Positions 32,482-43,110 are shown, counted from the first letter of the stretch. The stretch: 64,000 bases of DNA from Methanotrichaceae archaeon (GCA_963754945.1 CAVWIG010000007.1:32001-96000), one strand, 5' to 3'. The notes: generated from the letters alone by a model not told the origin. Translations and numbers: made by a program.

Positions 32482-32607
32482 AGGCTTTCCACACTCCCTG
32501 GAATATGCAAGGGCTGCTGACTGCTGACAGAACGCCATATACAGGCAGAACACAATCTAATCTTTCTGCAACGGCATTCGGAACCATTAGATTAAAATCT
32601 GCCCTAA

Positions 32608-32628
32608 CTGTATTTATAGAAAATACAG
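32608..32628. promoter_or_regulatory. Palindromic operator candidate overlapping a TATA box between divergent genes
   Basis: CTGTATTT-n5-AAATACAG perfect 8-bp inverted repeat containing TTTATA. Confidence 0.45.
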
Positions 32629-32661
32629 GCATAATAGTAACATACTTTCATAATGGTAACT

Positions 32662-33033
32662 ATGACCTACACGAAGAACGGGAAGACCTACCATTGCCCG
32701 GTGGAGGCAGCACTGGATGTGATCTGAGGCAAGTGGAAACCACTCATCCTATGGGCTCTCGGAGATAACGTGTTGCGCTTTGGCGAGCTGCAGAAGGGGC
32801 TGCCGGGCGTCAATACCAAGATGCTGACGAAGCAGCGCGAGCTGGAGCAAGACGGGGTTATCAAGCGGACGGTCTATCCTGAAGTGCCGCCTCATGTGGA
32901 ATACAGGATCACGGATTTCGGCAAGACCTTAATTCCCATCATGGAAGCGCTCTGCAACTGGGGGGCAAACTACCTGGGGATTGAGGATGCATCTTCGTAC
33001 CAGTGCCCGACGAAAGTAGGAAAAAAGAAATGA
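32662..33033 (+). pseudogene. HxlR-family winged-helix regulator with internal stop
   Basis: MTYTKNGKTYHCPVEAALDVI*GKWK has TGA at 32725 where GGKWK is expected. Also RFGEL and YPEVPPHVEY. Confidence 0.88.
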
Positions 33034-33067
33034 TTAAGCACCTTTGCCGACGAAGACATAGGGCCGT

Positions 33068-33853
33068 TCATTCTGAAGCGTCGTCGATCATCTCGAGACC
33101 GACTGGACAGTGATCCGAGCCCAAAACTTCGGTCATAATGAAGGCGGATTTTATCATATCTTTTAGGTTATCGCTCACAAAGAAGTAGTCGATCCTCCAA
33201 CCCACATTCCGTTCTCTGGATTTGGTCTTCAGGTCCCACCAGGAGTAGTTCCCGCCCTCTTTGTTGAAGATGCGGAAGGTGTCGAGGAAGCCATGAGAGA
33301 CAAGCTTATCCATCCACGACCTCTCCACAGGAAGGAAGCCGGATATCCTCTCGTTCTGCTTAGGCCTGGCAATATCTAACTCAGTGTGAGCTGTGTTGAC
33401 ATCGCCACAAATAACGATTCTACGGTCCTCTGCCTTCAGACGGTCCACCAGCTCCAAGAAAAGATCGTAGAACCTCAGCTTGTACTCCAGCCGCTCCTTC
33501 GATGCTTTGCCATTGGGGAAGTACACGTTGAAAAGGATGAAGCTTCCGTAGTCGGCAACTATTGCCCGGCTCTCGTCGTCGAAGCCGTCAATCTCCAAGG
33601 AGAATTTCACAGATAACGGCTTCTTTCTGGTGAAGAGCCCGATACCTGCGTACCCTTTCTTAAGCCCGGAGGAAAAGTAGGTATGGTACCCTGAAGCGTC
33701 CTTAACCTGGGACGGTATTTGGTCATCCCTGGCCTTGGTCTCCTGAACGCACAGGATGTCCGGCCCGTCTCTTTGCAGCCATTCAAGGAAGCCTTTCTTG
33801 TGGACGGCTCGAAGGCCATTCACGTTCCAGGAGAGAATACGAATTGTGGGCAT
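33068..33853 (-). CDS. xth: Exodeoxyribonuclease III / AP endonuclease
   Basis: SWNVNGLRA, QETK, GDVNTAH, WRIDYF, GSDHCPV. Confidence 0.96.
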   Translation of the reverse strand: MPTIRILSWNVNGLRAVHKKGFLEWLQRDGPDILCVQETKARDDQIPSQVKDASGYHTYFSSGLKKGYAGIGLFTRKKPLSVKFSLEIDGFDDESRAIVADYGSFILFNVYFPNGKASKERLEYKLRFYDLFLELVDRLKAEDRRIVICGDVNTAHTELDIARPKQNERISGFLPVERSWMDKLVSHGFLDTFRIFNKEGGNYSWWDLKTKSRERNVGWRIDYFFVSDNLKDMIKSAFIMTEVLGSDHCPVGLEMIDDASE

Positions 33854-33953
33854 TCAATCAATCCTTTCCGAAGAAACCTTCATTCCATACAATTCAACTT
33901 GTCAATTGCCTCCCGAATATTCTCCCCTGGCTAAACATGAACATTATACGTTA

Positions 33954-35327
33954 TTAACAAGATTCGGATATTTCGTTCAAATATTCTGGTTTTAAATATC
34001 GAACTAGACCCAATTGCTCCAAGACCTTCTCCCTTAGTTTTGAAATCGGGATATACCTGCAAATTTTATTTAAGGGCGGAGTAAGCTTTGAAAAGGTCGG
34101 CCTATTTATTTCAGATATAACTTTCCTCCGGCGCTCATCTGGGGCTACAATATATAGTGGAATATTTAAATTGGGTTGCATAGATATTAAATCTGACATA
34201 CGAAGAAGTCCGGAATATATAGAAGTGGTGCATTCAATTTCAAACGCCGCCATAATTGCTTTATCTTTTAGCCATAATACATCTATCAATTCAACGGTCT
34301 TATTGGTCGATTCGTCAAATTGCCTCGGAAGTTCGTTCATGAACCTTGGAATATCAATAAAACGACATCCATTAACTTCTTTACCCTTATCATTTCTAGC
34401 CACCCAGACATCTAAGCCCATTTCGCTTCCTAACTTGAGTAGCAAATATTGGACTCCTTCATGCATTGTGTTTTCGCTTATGTCTGTTTGATATTCTCTT
34501 TCACCAATTGCTATCCGGATAATTTTGGAAGTTGCCCTCGGATGATCAGTTTTCTGAAGTATATCGATTTTACTTTTCGTACTATCGGATGGCTGGAAAC
34601 CTAACTCGATAGACTTTTTATGACAAATTTTTGCTTCATCGTTCTTTCCATCCGATGTAAGAATTGAACACTTCAGATACCATGCCGCTCCATCTTGTGA
34701 ATTGTATTCGATGGCCCTATTTATGCAACCAAGAGATTTTTCTAGCTCGCCTTGCTGATACAAAGCTTTGGCCTTATTGAACCAGGCTTCGGGAATCTTT
34801 GGATCAAATTCTATCGCTTTATCAAAACAATCAATTGCATCCTTAGAGTTGCCGAGCGATATTAGAGCTTCCCCGTTTCCAATCCAATTCCATATATTTC
34901 TTGGATTGATTTCGATTGCTCTCTCATAACATTCAATAGCATCTTCATATTTTTCTAATTTGTATAGGCAATCTCCTTTTATTCCCCAAGCATCCGCATT
35001 TCGCGATGCCTTCTCAATTGCTGTATTTACGGATTCCAAAGCATCTTCGAATCTATTTAATTTTATTAAAGATTGTCCTTTATTGGTCCAAGCCCAAGAA
35101 TTTCTAGGATTGATCTCAATTGCTTTATCGTAGCATAAAATCGAATCATCATATTTAGCCAAATTATAACATATTAATCCTTTATAGATCCATGCCTTGG
35201 AAAATCGCGAATTCCTTTCGGTGGCTTTACCGAAGTAATCGAGGGCTCCCTTGAGGTCACCCTGTTTAAAATATTCAATGCCCATTTTATATAATACGAT
35301 TTCTTTTTTCAATCTTCCCATATTCAA
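33954..35327 (-). CDS. TPR-repeat protein fused to a C-terminal PD-(D/E)xK-like nuclease domain
   Basis: About 7 TPRs (AWxxKG..L..Y..AI.CYDKAIEINP). C-terminal HEGVQYLLLKLG...IDVLW...AAFEIECTTSIYSGLLRMSDL. Low GC. Confidence 0.7.
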   Translation of the reverse strand: MNMGRLKKEIVLYKMGIEYFKQGDLKGALDYFGKATERNSRFSKAWIYKGLICYNLAKYDDSILCYDKAIEINPRNSWAWTNKGQSLIKLNRFEDALESVNTAIEKASRNADAWGIKGDCLYKLEKYEDAIECYERAIEINPRNIWNWIGNGEALISLGNSKDAIDCFDKAIEFDPKIPEAWFNKAKALYQQGELEKSLGCINRAIEYNSQDGAAWYLKCSILTSDGKNDEAKICHKKSIELGFQPSDSTKSKIDILQKTDHPRATSKIIRIAIGEREYQTDISENTMHEGVQYLLLKLGSEMGLDVWVARNDKGKEVNGCRFIDIPRFMNELPRQFDESTNKTVELIDVLWLKDKAIMAAFEIECTTSIYSGLLRMSDLISMQPNLNIPLYIVAPDERRRKVISEINRPTFSKLTPPLNKICRYIPISKLREKVLEQLGLVRYLKPEYLNEISESC

Positions 35328-35442
35328 TTGATGTGAAACTTTGCGTTTCTATTTATATGCTTTGGTAATAAATAAGGTATCTATCGATGCGAGGTTTTCA
35401 CACAAAAGGTGCATTGTCAGCATCTTCTGTGCTGAGGCGCTT

Positions 35443-35732
35443 TTATAGTCGACCATACATTTTATGCGCCTGCTCGATAGTGCCAAGCCATAGGATTCTC
35501 ACTATCTTTTCTTCCTTGAAAATTCGATAAAATGCTGTATAAGATCTCGCTATGTGCATACGATAGGCGTCGTAATCAGAGAAATGGAGTAACTCTTTGT
35601 CGCCGTGCTTTCCTGGGAAAGGTCCACTTCGAGAAGCTTAAGTTTATCTTTTACAATTCGGTTGCTCTTACTAGGCAGATCGTCAAGAAACTTTTGGGCA
35701 TCTTCGTCTATCAGTACGTGGAAATTTACCAT
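35443..35732 (-). pseudogene. RelE/ParE-like toxin, frameshifted
   Basis: MVNFHVLIDEDAQKFLDDLP...EVD joins (P)FPGKHGDKELL...YRMHIARSYTAFYRI...IEQAHKMYGRL* with one missing C near 35621. Confidence 0.8.
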
Positions 35733-36028
35733 TTCATCTCTACGAACTTCCCTCTAGCCTCGATCCTCTTCAAGTCGCTAACTAGCCTCTGCTTCTTTTC
35801 CCTTTCTATCATATCAGCGAGCAGGGAATCATAGGTTTCTCCTGCCTTTTTAAGGCTGGATAGCTCACTCCACACGGCTGGAGAGACGGGAATGCGCTTG
35901 GTTGCAAGTATGTGCTTGGCCTTATGAGCCTTAGGCATGCGACTAGTGGTAGCTGCATCTTTATTTTCGGACACCTGCTCTGGTGCTGTCACTCGATTGA
36001 TCTCAGGCGGGTGCTTGGTTACGAGCAT
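35726..36028 (-). CDS. Putative archaeal antitoxin (RHH-like, RelB partner)
   Basis: KRIPVSPAVWSELSSLKKAGETYDSLLADMI. It lies directly upstream of and overlaps the toxin. Start uncertain. Confidence 0.7.
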   Translation of the reverse strand: MLVTKHPPEINRVTAPEQVSENKDAATTSRMPKAHKAKHILATKRIPVSPAVWSELSSLKKAGETYDSLLADMIEREKKQRLVSDLKRIEARGKFVEMKW

Positions 36029-37591
36029 ACAATATTGTAAGGATTGTAACTAAATATACCTTGCTTTCCAAATACCATCGAATGCATCGATGAATCCTCG
36101 ATTTCCACCGAAACTTGAAAACGATTGTGGCAGATTATAGTCTTGATATAAGTAGTGAAGACTGCTAATTAGTTCGAGACAAGATCCGTCATAAGTAAGT
36201 AGCCAGATTTTCTTGAGCAACCAATGCGTCACCCAAGGAACGCGAATGGCATTCATCACTACTAGGTTTTCACATCTGCTCATATCGCAACTGTAAGAGT
36301 ATAATGTCTGGAAAGGAAATCGGCTTGCCGAGCGGATTACGCAACAATTTTGTTGTTATTCCCAACAATTGTTTAAACATCAAGCTCGATTTGATACATC
36401 TATTGCGGAAAGTACCATAAAGTTTAGATAGGTTAGAATATCTCAAATATCTATGTCACACGAAGATAGCGATGCTTTTTGCCGAAGATTTCAAAATGAG
36501 CTCTTCCAGCAAAAATATACGGCGATAAATAGCCCTGGATGGCTTTACATGGCCATGTTTAAAGCAGGACGGCTGTCCTCAAAGCTAGTCGCAGTGGCTC
36601 CTACACCATATGTAAGGACTATAGAATCACCGTCGATAATATACGACGCTTTCAAGAATTGGTCGAAACCCATATTAGGTAATTCAGGGACGGCAATACT
36701 ATTGTTCGTCACTTATAGACCATCCATAGGCGATGTTGAGGAAATTCTTAAACTAGTGCACCATAACGCAAGTTTTAAATCTTATAAAAGGTCTAGAATA
36801 TAGATCGTGGCAAGAAAAACAAAATTCTGTGTGAAACTGGAAGAGAAAGAACGAGAAGAGTTGAACCAGTACATCCGTCGTGGGAAGTCGTCTGCAAGGA
36901 GTTTAACTCGCGCAAGAATACTGCTCCTGGCCGATGGAGGGCAATCCGATGCGGAGATCATTGATGCATTGAAGGCGAGCAGAACGACAATAGTGAGGAT
37001 AAGAAAGAGATATTTCGAGGGTGGCCTGGAATCTGCATTGAATGAAAGATCTCGCAGTGGAGCGCCTCCGAAGATAGATGCACGAGTTGAGGCTAAACTG
37101 ACCGGCATTGCTTGCTCAGATCCGCCTGAAGGCAGATCGAGATGGACGCTGAATCTATTGGCCGACAAGCTTGTTGAGCTGGGGGAAGTGGACTCGATCT
37201 CAGGAATGAGCGTTTGCAGAGCGTTAAAAAAAATGAAATAAAGCCATGGCTCAAACAGCGATGGTGCATAGGGAGCATGACGAGCGAATATATCTGGAAC
37301 ATGGAAAATGTATTAACTCTGTACGAGCAACCATATGATCCGAGGCATCCTGTGGTTTGTTTCGACGAGAGGCCATGCCAACTGATAGGCGATGTCTTAG
37401 TGCCTATACCCATGAAACCAGGCAGTCCGAAGAAGGTGCATTATGAATACGTCCGTAACGGGACATGTTGCATCCTTATTGCTTTTGATCTTCATGCAGG
37501 AAAAAGAATGATTCGTGTCATGGAGCACAGGACAAGGGTGGACTACGCCCATTTCATGAAAGAACTTACCCAGCAATATCCAGGTGTAGAA

Positions 37592-38862
37592 GGTAGTGTG
37601 CCGAGATTTCTGTAATTTGGAGTTGCCCTGTATCCCAACATACTCAATCAGCATCCATAGATAAATACTTTTTAGCGGTCAGCCATTCTTCGTTGATATC
37701 GATGAGGATCGAAACCCCTAACCTCATGAACGAGCTCTCACTTGGGAAGGCACCGACTACCCTGGATCTTCTTTTCAGCTCCTTGTTGATCCTCTCCAGC
37801 CCGTTTGTAGTCCGAATCCTTCTCCAGTGACCTCTGGGGAATGCCCTGTAATTCCACAGACTGAATCTGAAGCGGTCGATAGTGTCAGCAGATTTCGCAT
37901 AACCTCTTTCCCTCAATTCTTTCGCTAAGTCCTGTATCTTGATTTCGTCTTCCAGAGCGATCTTGATCTTATCGGCGATCTCCTTATGATACTTCTTGGC
38001 AACGTTTCTCAAGACCGCTCTTGAAAAGTGAACGTGACACATTTGCCATGAAGCACCAAGAAATGATTTCTCAACCGCTTTCTGGATTCCCTTATGACCA
38101 TCTGATATCACGAGCTTTACTCCGGACAACCCACGATCCGCCAGATCTTGAAATAATCCCGACCAGAAGAGTTCATCTTCACTGTCAGCTATTCTTGCGC
38201 CAAGTATCTCGCGATAACCGTCATCTCTAACACCTGTGACGATCATGAAAGCTTTGGTAACATATCTTGATTCTGTTCTTACTTTGAAGTAGCTTGCATC
38301 TACATAAAGATAAGGAATAGGACGTTCGATAGGTTTCTTCAGGAATTCTTCTACCTTCTCGTCAAGCTCTTTGGATATCCTGGAAACGCTAGAGGCAGAT
38401 AAATTCTCGATGCCAAATCGAGAGACAATATCTTGGATTCTCCTGGTTGAAACCCCCTGGAGATACGATTCGAGTACAGCGTTGACCAAAGCCTTCTCTA
38501 CGCGCGAAAATCTGTCGAACACCTTGGTTTCGAAGGAAATTTCACGGAATTGAGGTTTCTTGAGTCGGAGCTCTCCAACTCGCGTCTTCAGAGATCTTTC
38601 CTTGTAGCCATTCCTATGTGCCTTTCGGGATTCGACTCTCTGATACGGTTCTGCATCTGCCTGTTGCGCCGCTTCTAGCTGCATTACAAGGTTCAAGAAC
38701 CAGGTCAGAAGCTTCTTTAGTCCATCTTCCTGATCGATAAGGTAATCTTCCAAGAGTGCTATGGGTATCATGGTCCTGTGTCCTCCTTTTCTCAAGATTG
38801 GATAGGATACAGGGCCGATAATCATTCTTATTATCAAAGTACAGAAAAATCGTTACACTGCC
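37592..38862 (-). mobile_element. IS256-family element nested in IS630
   Basis: Imperfect TIR GGTAGTGTG..TTTCTGTA / TACAGAAA..ACACTGCC. 8-bp TSD GTGTAGAA at 37584-37591 and 38863-38870. Confidence 0.92.
37644..38771 (-). CDS. IS256-family (Mutator) transposase
   Basis: RNGYKER, YLQGVSTR, YVDASY, ISDGHKG, QMCHVH, TTNGLERINKELKRR. Confidence 0.93.
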   Translation of the reverse strand: MIPIALLEDYLIDQEDGLKKLLTWFLNLVMQLEAAQQADAEPYQRVESRKAHRNGYKERSLKTRVGELRLKKPQFREISFETKVFDRFSRVEKALVNAVLESYLQGVSTRRIQDIVSRFGIENLSASSVSRISKELDEKVEEFLKKPIERPIPYLYVDASYFKVRTESRYVTKAFMIVTGVRDDGYREILGARIADSEDELFWSGLFQDLADRGLSGVKLVISDGHKGIQKAVEKSFLGASWQMCHVHFSRAVLRNVAKKYHKEIADKIKIALEDEIKIQDLAKELRERGYAKSADTIDRFRFSLWNYRAFPRGHWRRIRTTNGLERINKELKRRSRVVGAFPSESSFMRLGVSILIDINEEWLTAKKYLSMDAD

Positions 38863-39406
38863 GTGTAGAATCCATTCGATTGGTCTAGGATAATCTCAAT
38901 ACGCATACTTCAGGCTCATTTTATAATGCTTTTGCGCCTGAAGAGGCGTTTGAGCTGGCTAAGGAGTTCGAATATTATTATACGCCAAAGAAAGGTAGCT
39001 GGCTCAACATGGCTGAGATAGAACTCTCAGCCCTATCGAAGCAATGCCTCGATCGTCGGATTGGAGACATCGATACTTTAACCAAAGAGGCTTCGGTGTG
39101 GGCACAAGAACGTAACGCAAAAAAAACTACTGTAAGATGGAAATTCACGAAGAATGATGCAAGATTAAAGCTAAACAGGCATTATATTAATTTGCAAAAT
39201 TAATGTTATGGTGCACTAGGTCGAGGGTTGATGGGTGGTCAAATCTCGTCTTTTATCTATGATCTCGATAGCCACAAATTCTGGGTTTGGGATGCTTTCA
39301 ATAAGACCTACTCGACAAATAACTGGAAACCGTAGATAGGCACCAACCATCTTTTTTTGCGTTTTCATGGCAACTTCTTGAGAGGAACAAGAAACCGACA
39401 CCGTTT

Positions 39407-39844
39407 TCATACTTTATCAAGAGCCTGATCCAGATCAGCTATGATGTCTTCGGCGTCCTCAATGCCGGCAGAGATCCTCACCAGGCCGTCGGTTATTCCT
39501 ATTTTCAGCCTCATGTCTCTGGGCACTATGGAATGGGTCATCGAGGCAGGATGCTGAATCAGTGTGTCCGTGGACCCCAGGCTGACCGACAGGAGACAGA
39601 GCTCCACTCCATTGATGAGCCTTCGCCCAGCTTCCACACCTCCTTTCAGCTCAAAGGACAGCATGCCGCTGTAGCCGCTCATCTGCTTTCTGGCAGTGTA
39701 GTGCTGGGGATGACTGGACAGACCCGGATAGCTGACCCATTCCACCTTTAGGTGCGATTCAAGGAACTCTGCCACTTCCATGGCGTTAGATGCATGCCTT
39801 TCCATTTGCAGGTGAAGCGTCTTGGGGCCGCGGATGCAACAGCC
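39407..39844 (-). pseudogene. 3' fragment of a second methionine gamma-lyase-like gene
   Basis: Highly similar to 44282-44718. It lacks the N-terminal two-thirds, including the PLP lysine motif. Confidence 0.88.
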
Positions 39845-40803
39845 TTGCGAATTATAGCACAAAACACAAACAACGGGATGGAGACAGAGACAGTCCTAAA
39901 AGGAAGATTAAATATTCTGGGAGTCTATTTATACTTGCTTGTCGATATGCATCTCTCGATTGCATTCTGGAGGATTCGCCATGAAAACGCAGAGTCTATA
40001 CCTTCTCCTAATAATAGCGGTTCTGTTCACAGGAATATCCCGCACCGAGGGACAGCCTCCTATGGAGGTTAATTTATTGACGGCAAAGAACTATTCCGCT
40101 GACTCTGACCAAGGAGCGCATCTAAAAGGAGACCCCGAAGCACAAATGAACACAAAGACCAAGATCACGGTTAGAGTTCAAGCTAAGGGTGGCAAGTACC
40201 TCGGCGACGATATCGGAGGGGCGTGGGTGACGATTCGCAATAGCCAGACTGGCGAGATTCTAGCCAGTGGCGTGACTTCTGGCGACTCCGGCAGCATCAG
40301 CGACGAGTATGTGCCCAATGCCTCTCGAAGAGCTATAGTCACACCCGGAGATCCTCGTCAGATCCATTGGGTCGTCGCCAATCCGACCACATCCCGCTTC
40401 AGCGCGGAGTTGACCCTCGATCATACTGCATTGCTCGAGATCTCCGTCTTAGGAGCAACAGGTGGCCTGCAGACCGCCCACAAGGCAGTAGCTACGGCGT
40501 GGGCTGTCCCTGGTAACGATATCGTAGTCGATATCGAAATATCAGGATTACTGGTCCAGGTCATAGAGCCTACCACTCATTTGCAACTTCCAGCAATAGG
40601 CGTAGCGGTCCCATTGAAGGCCAATGTAGCGATGATGTGCGGCTGCCCCATCAACTATGGAATGCTCTGGATTCCCTCTGACTTTGAGGTCTCTGCTCAG
40701 ATACGTAATCTGGGCTCAGGTGGCATCGTTATAGTGCCGCTCAGCTTCTCGACCACGGGATTGCCCGGTACCTTTGAGGGATCATACAACGTGACAGAAC
40801 CGG

Positions 40804-42088
40804 GAGGGTTTCGATTTAGTGTTGGTTAATGAAGCCTTAAATTCTTGCGTTAATATTTTCAATCTTTATAGTGGTTTTTTAGCATATTTCACCCCTAAAT
40901 TGGCTTATTAGATTTCAATTTACCTTGTTGTTTCTAATTTTTGCGCTTTTTTAGAGAGCTTCCGCTAGGCTGTTTGTTTATGCACTAAATATTTCAACTG
41001 TTCCAGGTTGTAAACGACCGAATTCATCATGAATTTTACTCCAGCTCTTGCGACAGTTGTTACATAAACATGTGCTCCCTTATGCCCCCGCTTCATAACA
41101 GCGAAGCATCTTTCGATGTGCGATCGCGTTTTACTGATTCTCTTATTCCTCAGAAGATCTATGATTCCAAGCTTGTGACCTCTTGTAGCTTTTTTCATGG
41201 CTGCATCATATCCTCGAGTTTTTGCACCATCATATCCCTTATCGGCGTAACGTGGTAGCCCTTCAATTCCAAGATCTACCTGACTATCGTGTACAGAAGC
41301 AGTTGTAGTCTCAAAATATCTGATAAGGTGGTAATTGGTATCGATTGAGATATGACCTTTATATCCGAAAAAGGATTTGACACCCTTTTTTGCCCAACTT
41401 CCCTCATTTATTGGCTCTTCTTCGAGTCTCTGTGGTTTGGCCTTGTCATCAATAATATTATTTGAAATACCAATTAGCTCTTTATCAAACTCCTGATTCA
41501 GGCTCGTACTGGTGGCTTCGGAATCTTGACCTTCCTTTTTGTCCCCGCCTTGCTCGTCTTTCTTGTTCCTCTTCCGACCTGGGTCCGAAGTTATGAAGGT
41601 TGCATCCTGGATAGTGCCATTCTTTACAGTAAACCCCATCTCATCGAGCTGCCTTTGAAGCTCATTCCAAAGATCATCGTATACGTCGCACTTAATCAAA
41701 CGTTCACGGAATAGCCAAACTGTGCTGAAATCAGGAATTACTTCAGTGGTGCCAAGGAAAATACGAAAAGAGATCCTATCCGCAACCTGTCGCTCCAGTT
41801 CTGGATCTGTTAGACCAAACCAATGCTGAATTACGAGAGCTTTCACCATAATCACGATGTCAATGTTCGGACGACCTCCGCGGCTAGTTTTATTTTTGTA
41901 TATCAATGGTTCCAAAAATCTGAAACGCTCCCAATTGATCAACGATCCGATCTCGGATAGATCATCTCCGAGGGCTTTTACTCGAGCATATTCTGCTCGA
42001 ATGGCAAAATCAATGAGAGTCCTCATGCATTATATTATAGTATTAATAGTATATAAGTATTTCGATTGATTAGTTTTTCGAAACTCTC
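40804..42088 (-). mobile_element. IS5-family element
   Basis: TIR GAGGGTTTCGA / TCGAAACTCTC. 4-bp TSD CCGG at 40800-40803 and 42089-42092. Confidence 0.9.
40965..42026 (-). CDS. IS5-family transposase
   Basis: GGRP, LTDPELE, IQDATFI, FGYKGH, HDSQ, ADKGY, RSHIERCF. Confidence 0.92.
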   Translation of the reverse strand: MRTLIDFAIRAEYARVKALGDDLSEIGSLINWERFRFLEPLIYKNKTSRGGRPNIDIVIMVKALVIQHWFGLTDPELERQVADRISFRIFLGTTEVIPDFSTVWLFRERLIKCDVYDDLWNELQRQLDEMGFTVKNGTIQDATFITSDPGRKRNKKDEQGGDKKEGQDSEATSTSLNQEFDKELIGISNNIIDDKAKPQRLEEEPINEGSWAKKGVKSFFGYKGHISIDTNYHLIRYFETTTASVHDSQVDLGIEGLPRYADKGYDGAKTRGYDAAMKKATRGHKLGIIDLLRNKRISKTRSHIERCFAVMKRGHKGAHVYVTTVARAGVKFMMNSVVYNLEQLKYLVHKQTA

Positions 42089-42648
42089 CCGGGATTCTAC
42101 GAGGCGACCATTCTGGCAGTCCAGAGGAGCACGGGAAATACAGGGGCTGGTCAGGTCACGTTCTTCACCCAACCCTAAGATTTTGCCGTTACCTGGCTCG
42201 ATTTCAACATATAATCAATCAGGTTTCGATCATGCGACGGCTATTGTTTTCCAGAAACCTTCGCCTTTGGTGATAAGAGATCTCTTAGGATCTCAATTCA
42301 CCTTATTCACCGCTGACCTTCTCACTGCACAGCCCTCTGATTCTTAGGCTTTAGTCATTTCCTGCCAAGTGGAAAGTCTGGCATCGTATCCCATGATCTC
42401 AAGAGCGAACAAGACTAAAGAGGCATTTACGCCAGAAGTTTGTGTATACCACTACGGGCTTCTCCTTTCGGCCGAGAACAGAACCTTCAGCGCAGACTCA
42501 TACTTGATTCGACCGTTGGTCATGACGCTATCGTAGGAATATTGAAAGAAACGGGTAGGATTAGATGTGTAGGATCCACGAGAGATATTAATGTTCCGAA
42601 AATTTGATAAGTAATTGAAGTATATTCAAGGTAATTCAGAGGTGGTAT

Positions 42649-43056
42649 ATGATGAGCGAACTTCCCAACAACATAGAAGAAATGAAAAAGAAGATAAATC
42701 TGACCAGTGGAGCACAGTTCTGGGCATACATCTCCCCACAAAACGAGACGTCGAAATATGTTACCAAATGGCAAGTAAAGATTGAGCAAACCGATGGCAA
42801 TTGGGTTGGAATCATCGATTCAGATAATCCTATGAAAATATTGCAGACGCCAAATTTGTCAGGGGTTTTCAAAGTAACTGTAATAGCTTCAGGGCCCAGA
42901 TTTAATGAAAAGAAACTCACCCCCAAACCAGATAGCAAACCAAACATAGGTTGCAATTCAAACTGCGCTGCTATGGTGGGTATCGTTGCGACTGTAGGTG
43001 GCAGTGATGCTAACTACTGGACCGTATGGGATGCTTTCTGTAAAGGAATGCGCTGA
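42649..43056 (+). CDS. Hypothetical protein (beta-rich, CNSNC motif)
   Basis: Intact ORF with GAGGTG RBS and a downstream hairpin. No family recognised. Confidence 0.6.
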   Translation: MMSELPNNIEEMKKKINLTSGAQFWAYISPQNETSKYVTKWQVKIEQTDGNWVGIIDSDNPMKILQTPNLSGVFKVTVIASGPRFNEKKLTPKPDSKPNIGCNSNCAAMVGIVATVGGSDANYWTVWDAFCKGMR

Positions 43057-43110
43057 AATACGAAGCTGCTCACGAACTTCATATGAAAAATTCAATTACT
43101 GGTGTCGAAA

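Larger units (their letters stand above)
36807..39203 (+). pseudogene. IS630 transposase (orfA 36807-37241; orfB 37214-37591 + 38871-39203)
   Basis: HTH orfA, A8 slippery site near 37226-37233, DDE motifs CFDE, DNLNTH and SWLNMAEIE. Disrupted by IS256 and by a TAG at 38886. Confidence 0.9.
36756..39216 (+). mobile_element. IS630-family element interrupted by IS256
   Basis: TIR GTGCACCATAAC/GTTATGGTGCAC flanked by duplicated TA. Confidence 0.9.
36453..39335 (+). pseudogene. Hypothetical 139-aa gene split by the IS630/IS256 nest
   Basis: Removing the IS and one TA joins ...EEILKL (to 36755) in frame with GRGLMGG...NNWKP* (39219-39335). Confidence 0.6.
39981..42178 (+). pseudogene. Secreted protein with MMCGCP motif, interrupted by IS5
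   Basis: Signal peptide. Removing the IS restores ...NVTEPG-FYEATILAVQRSTGNTGAGQVTFFTQP* (stop 42176-42178). Confidence 0.8.

Noticed and set aside
32725-32727. In-frame TGA in hxlR as selenocysteine
   Set aside because: The position corresponds to a conserved Gly (GGA to TGA), not Cys, and the neighbouring genes are also damaged.
38886-38888. In-frame TAG in IS630 orfB (LV*DNLNTH) as pyrrolysine
   Set aside because: Gln (CAG) is expected, so this is a simple C-to-T change in an already IS-disrupted gene. There are no pyl genes in the window.
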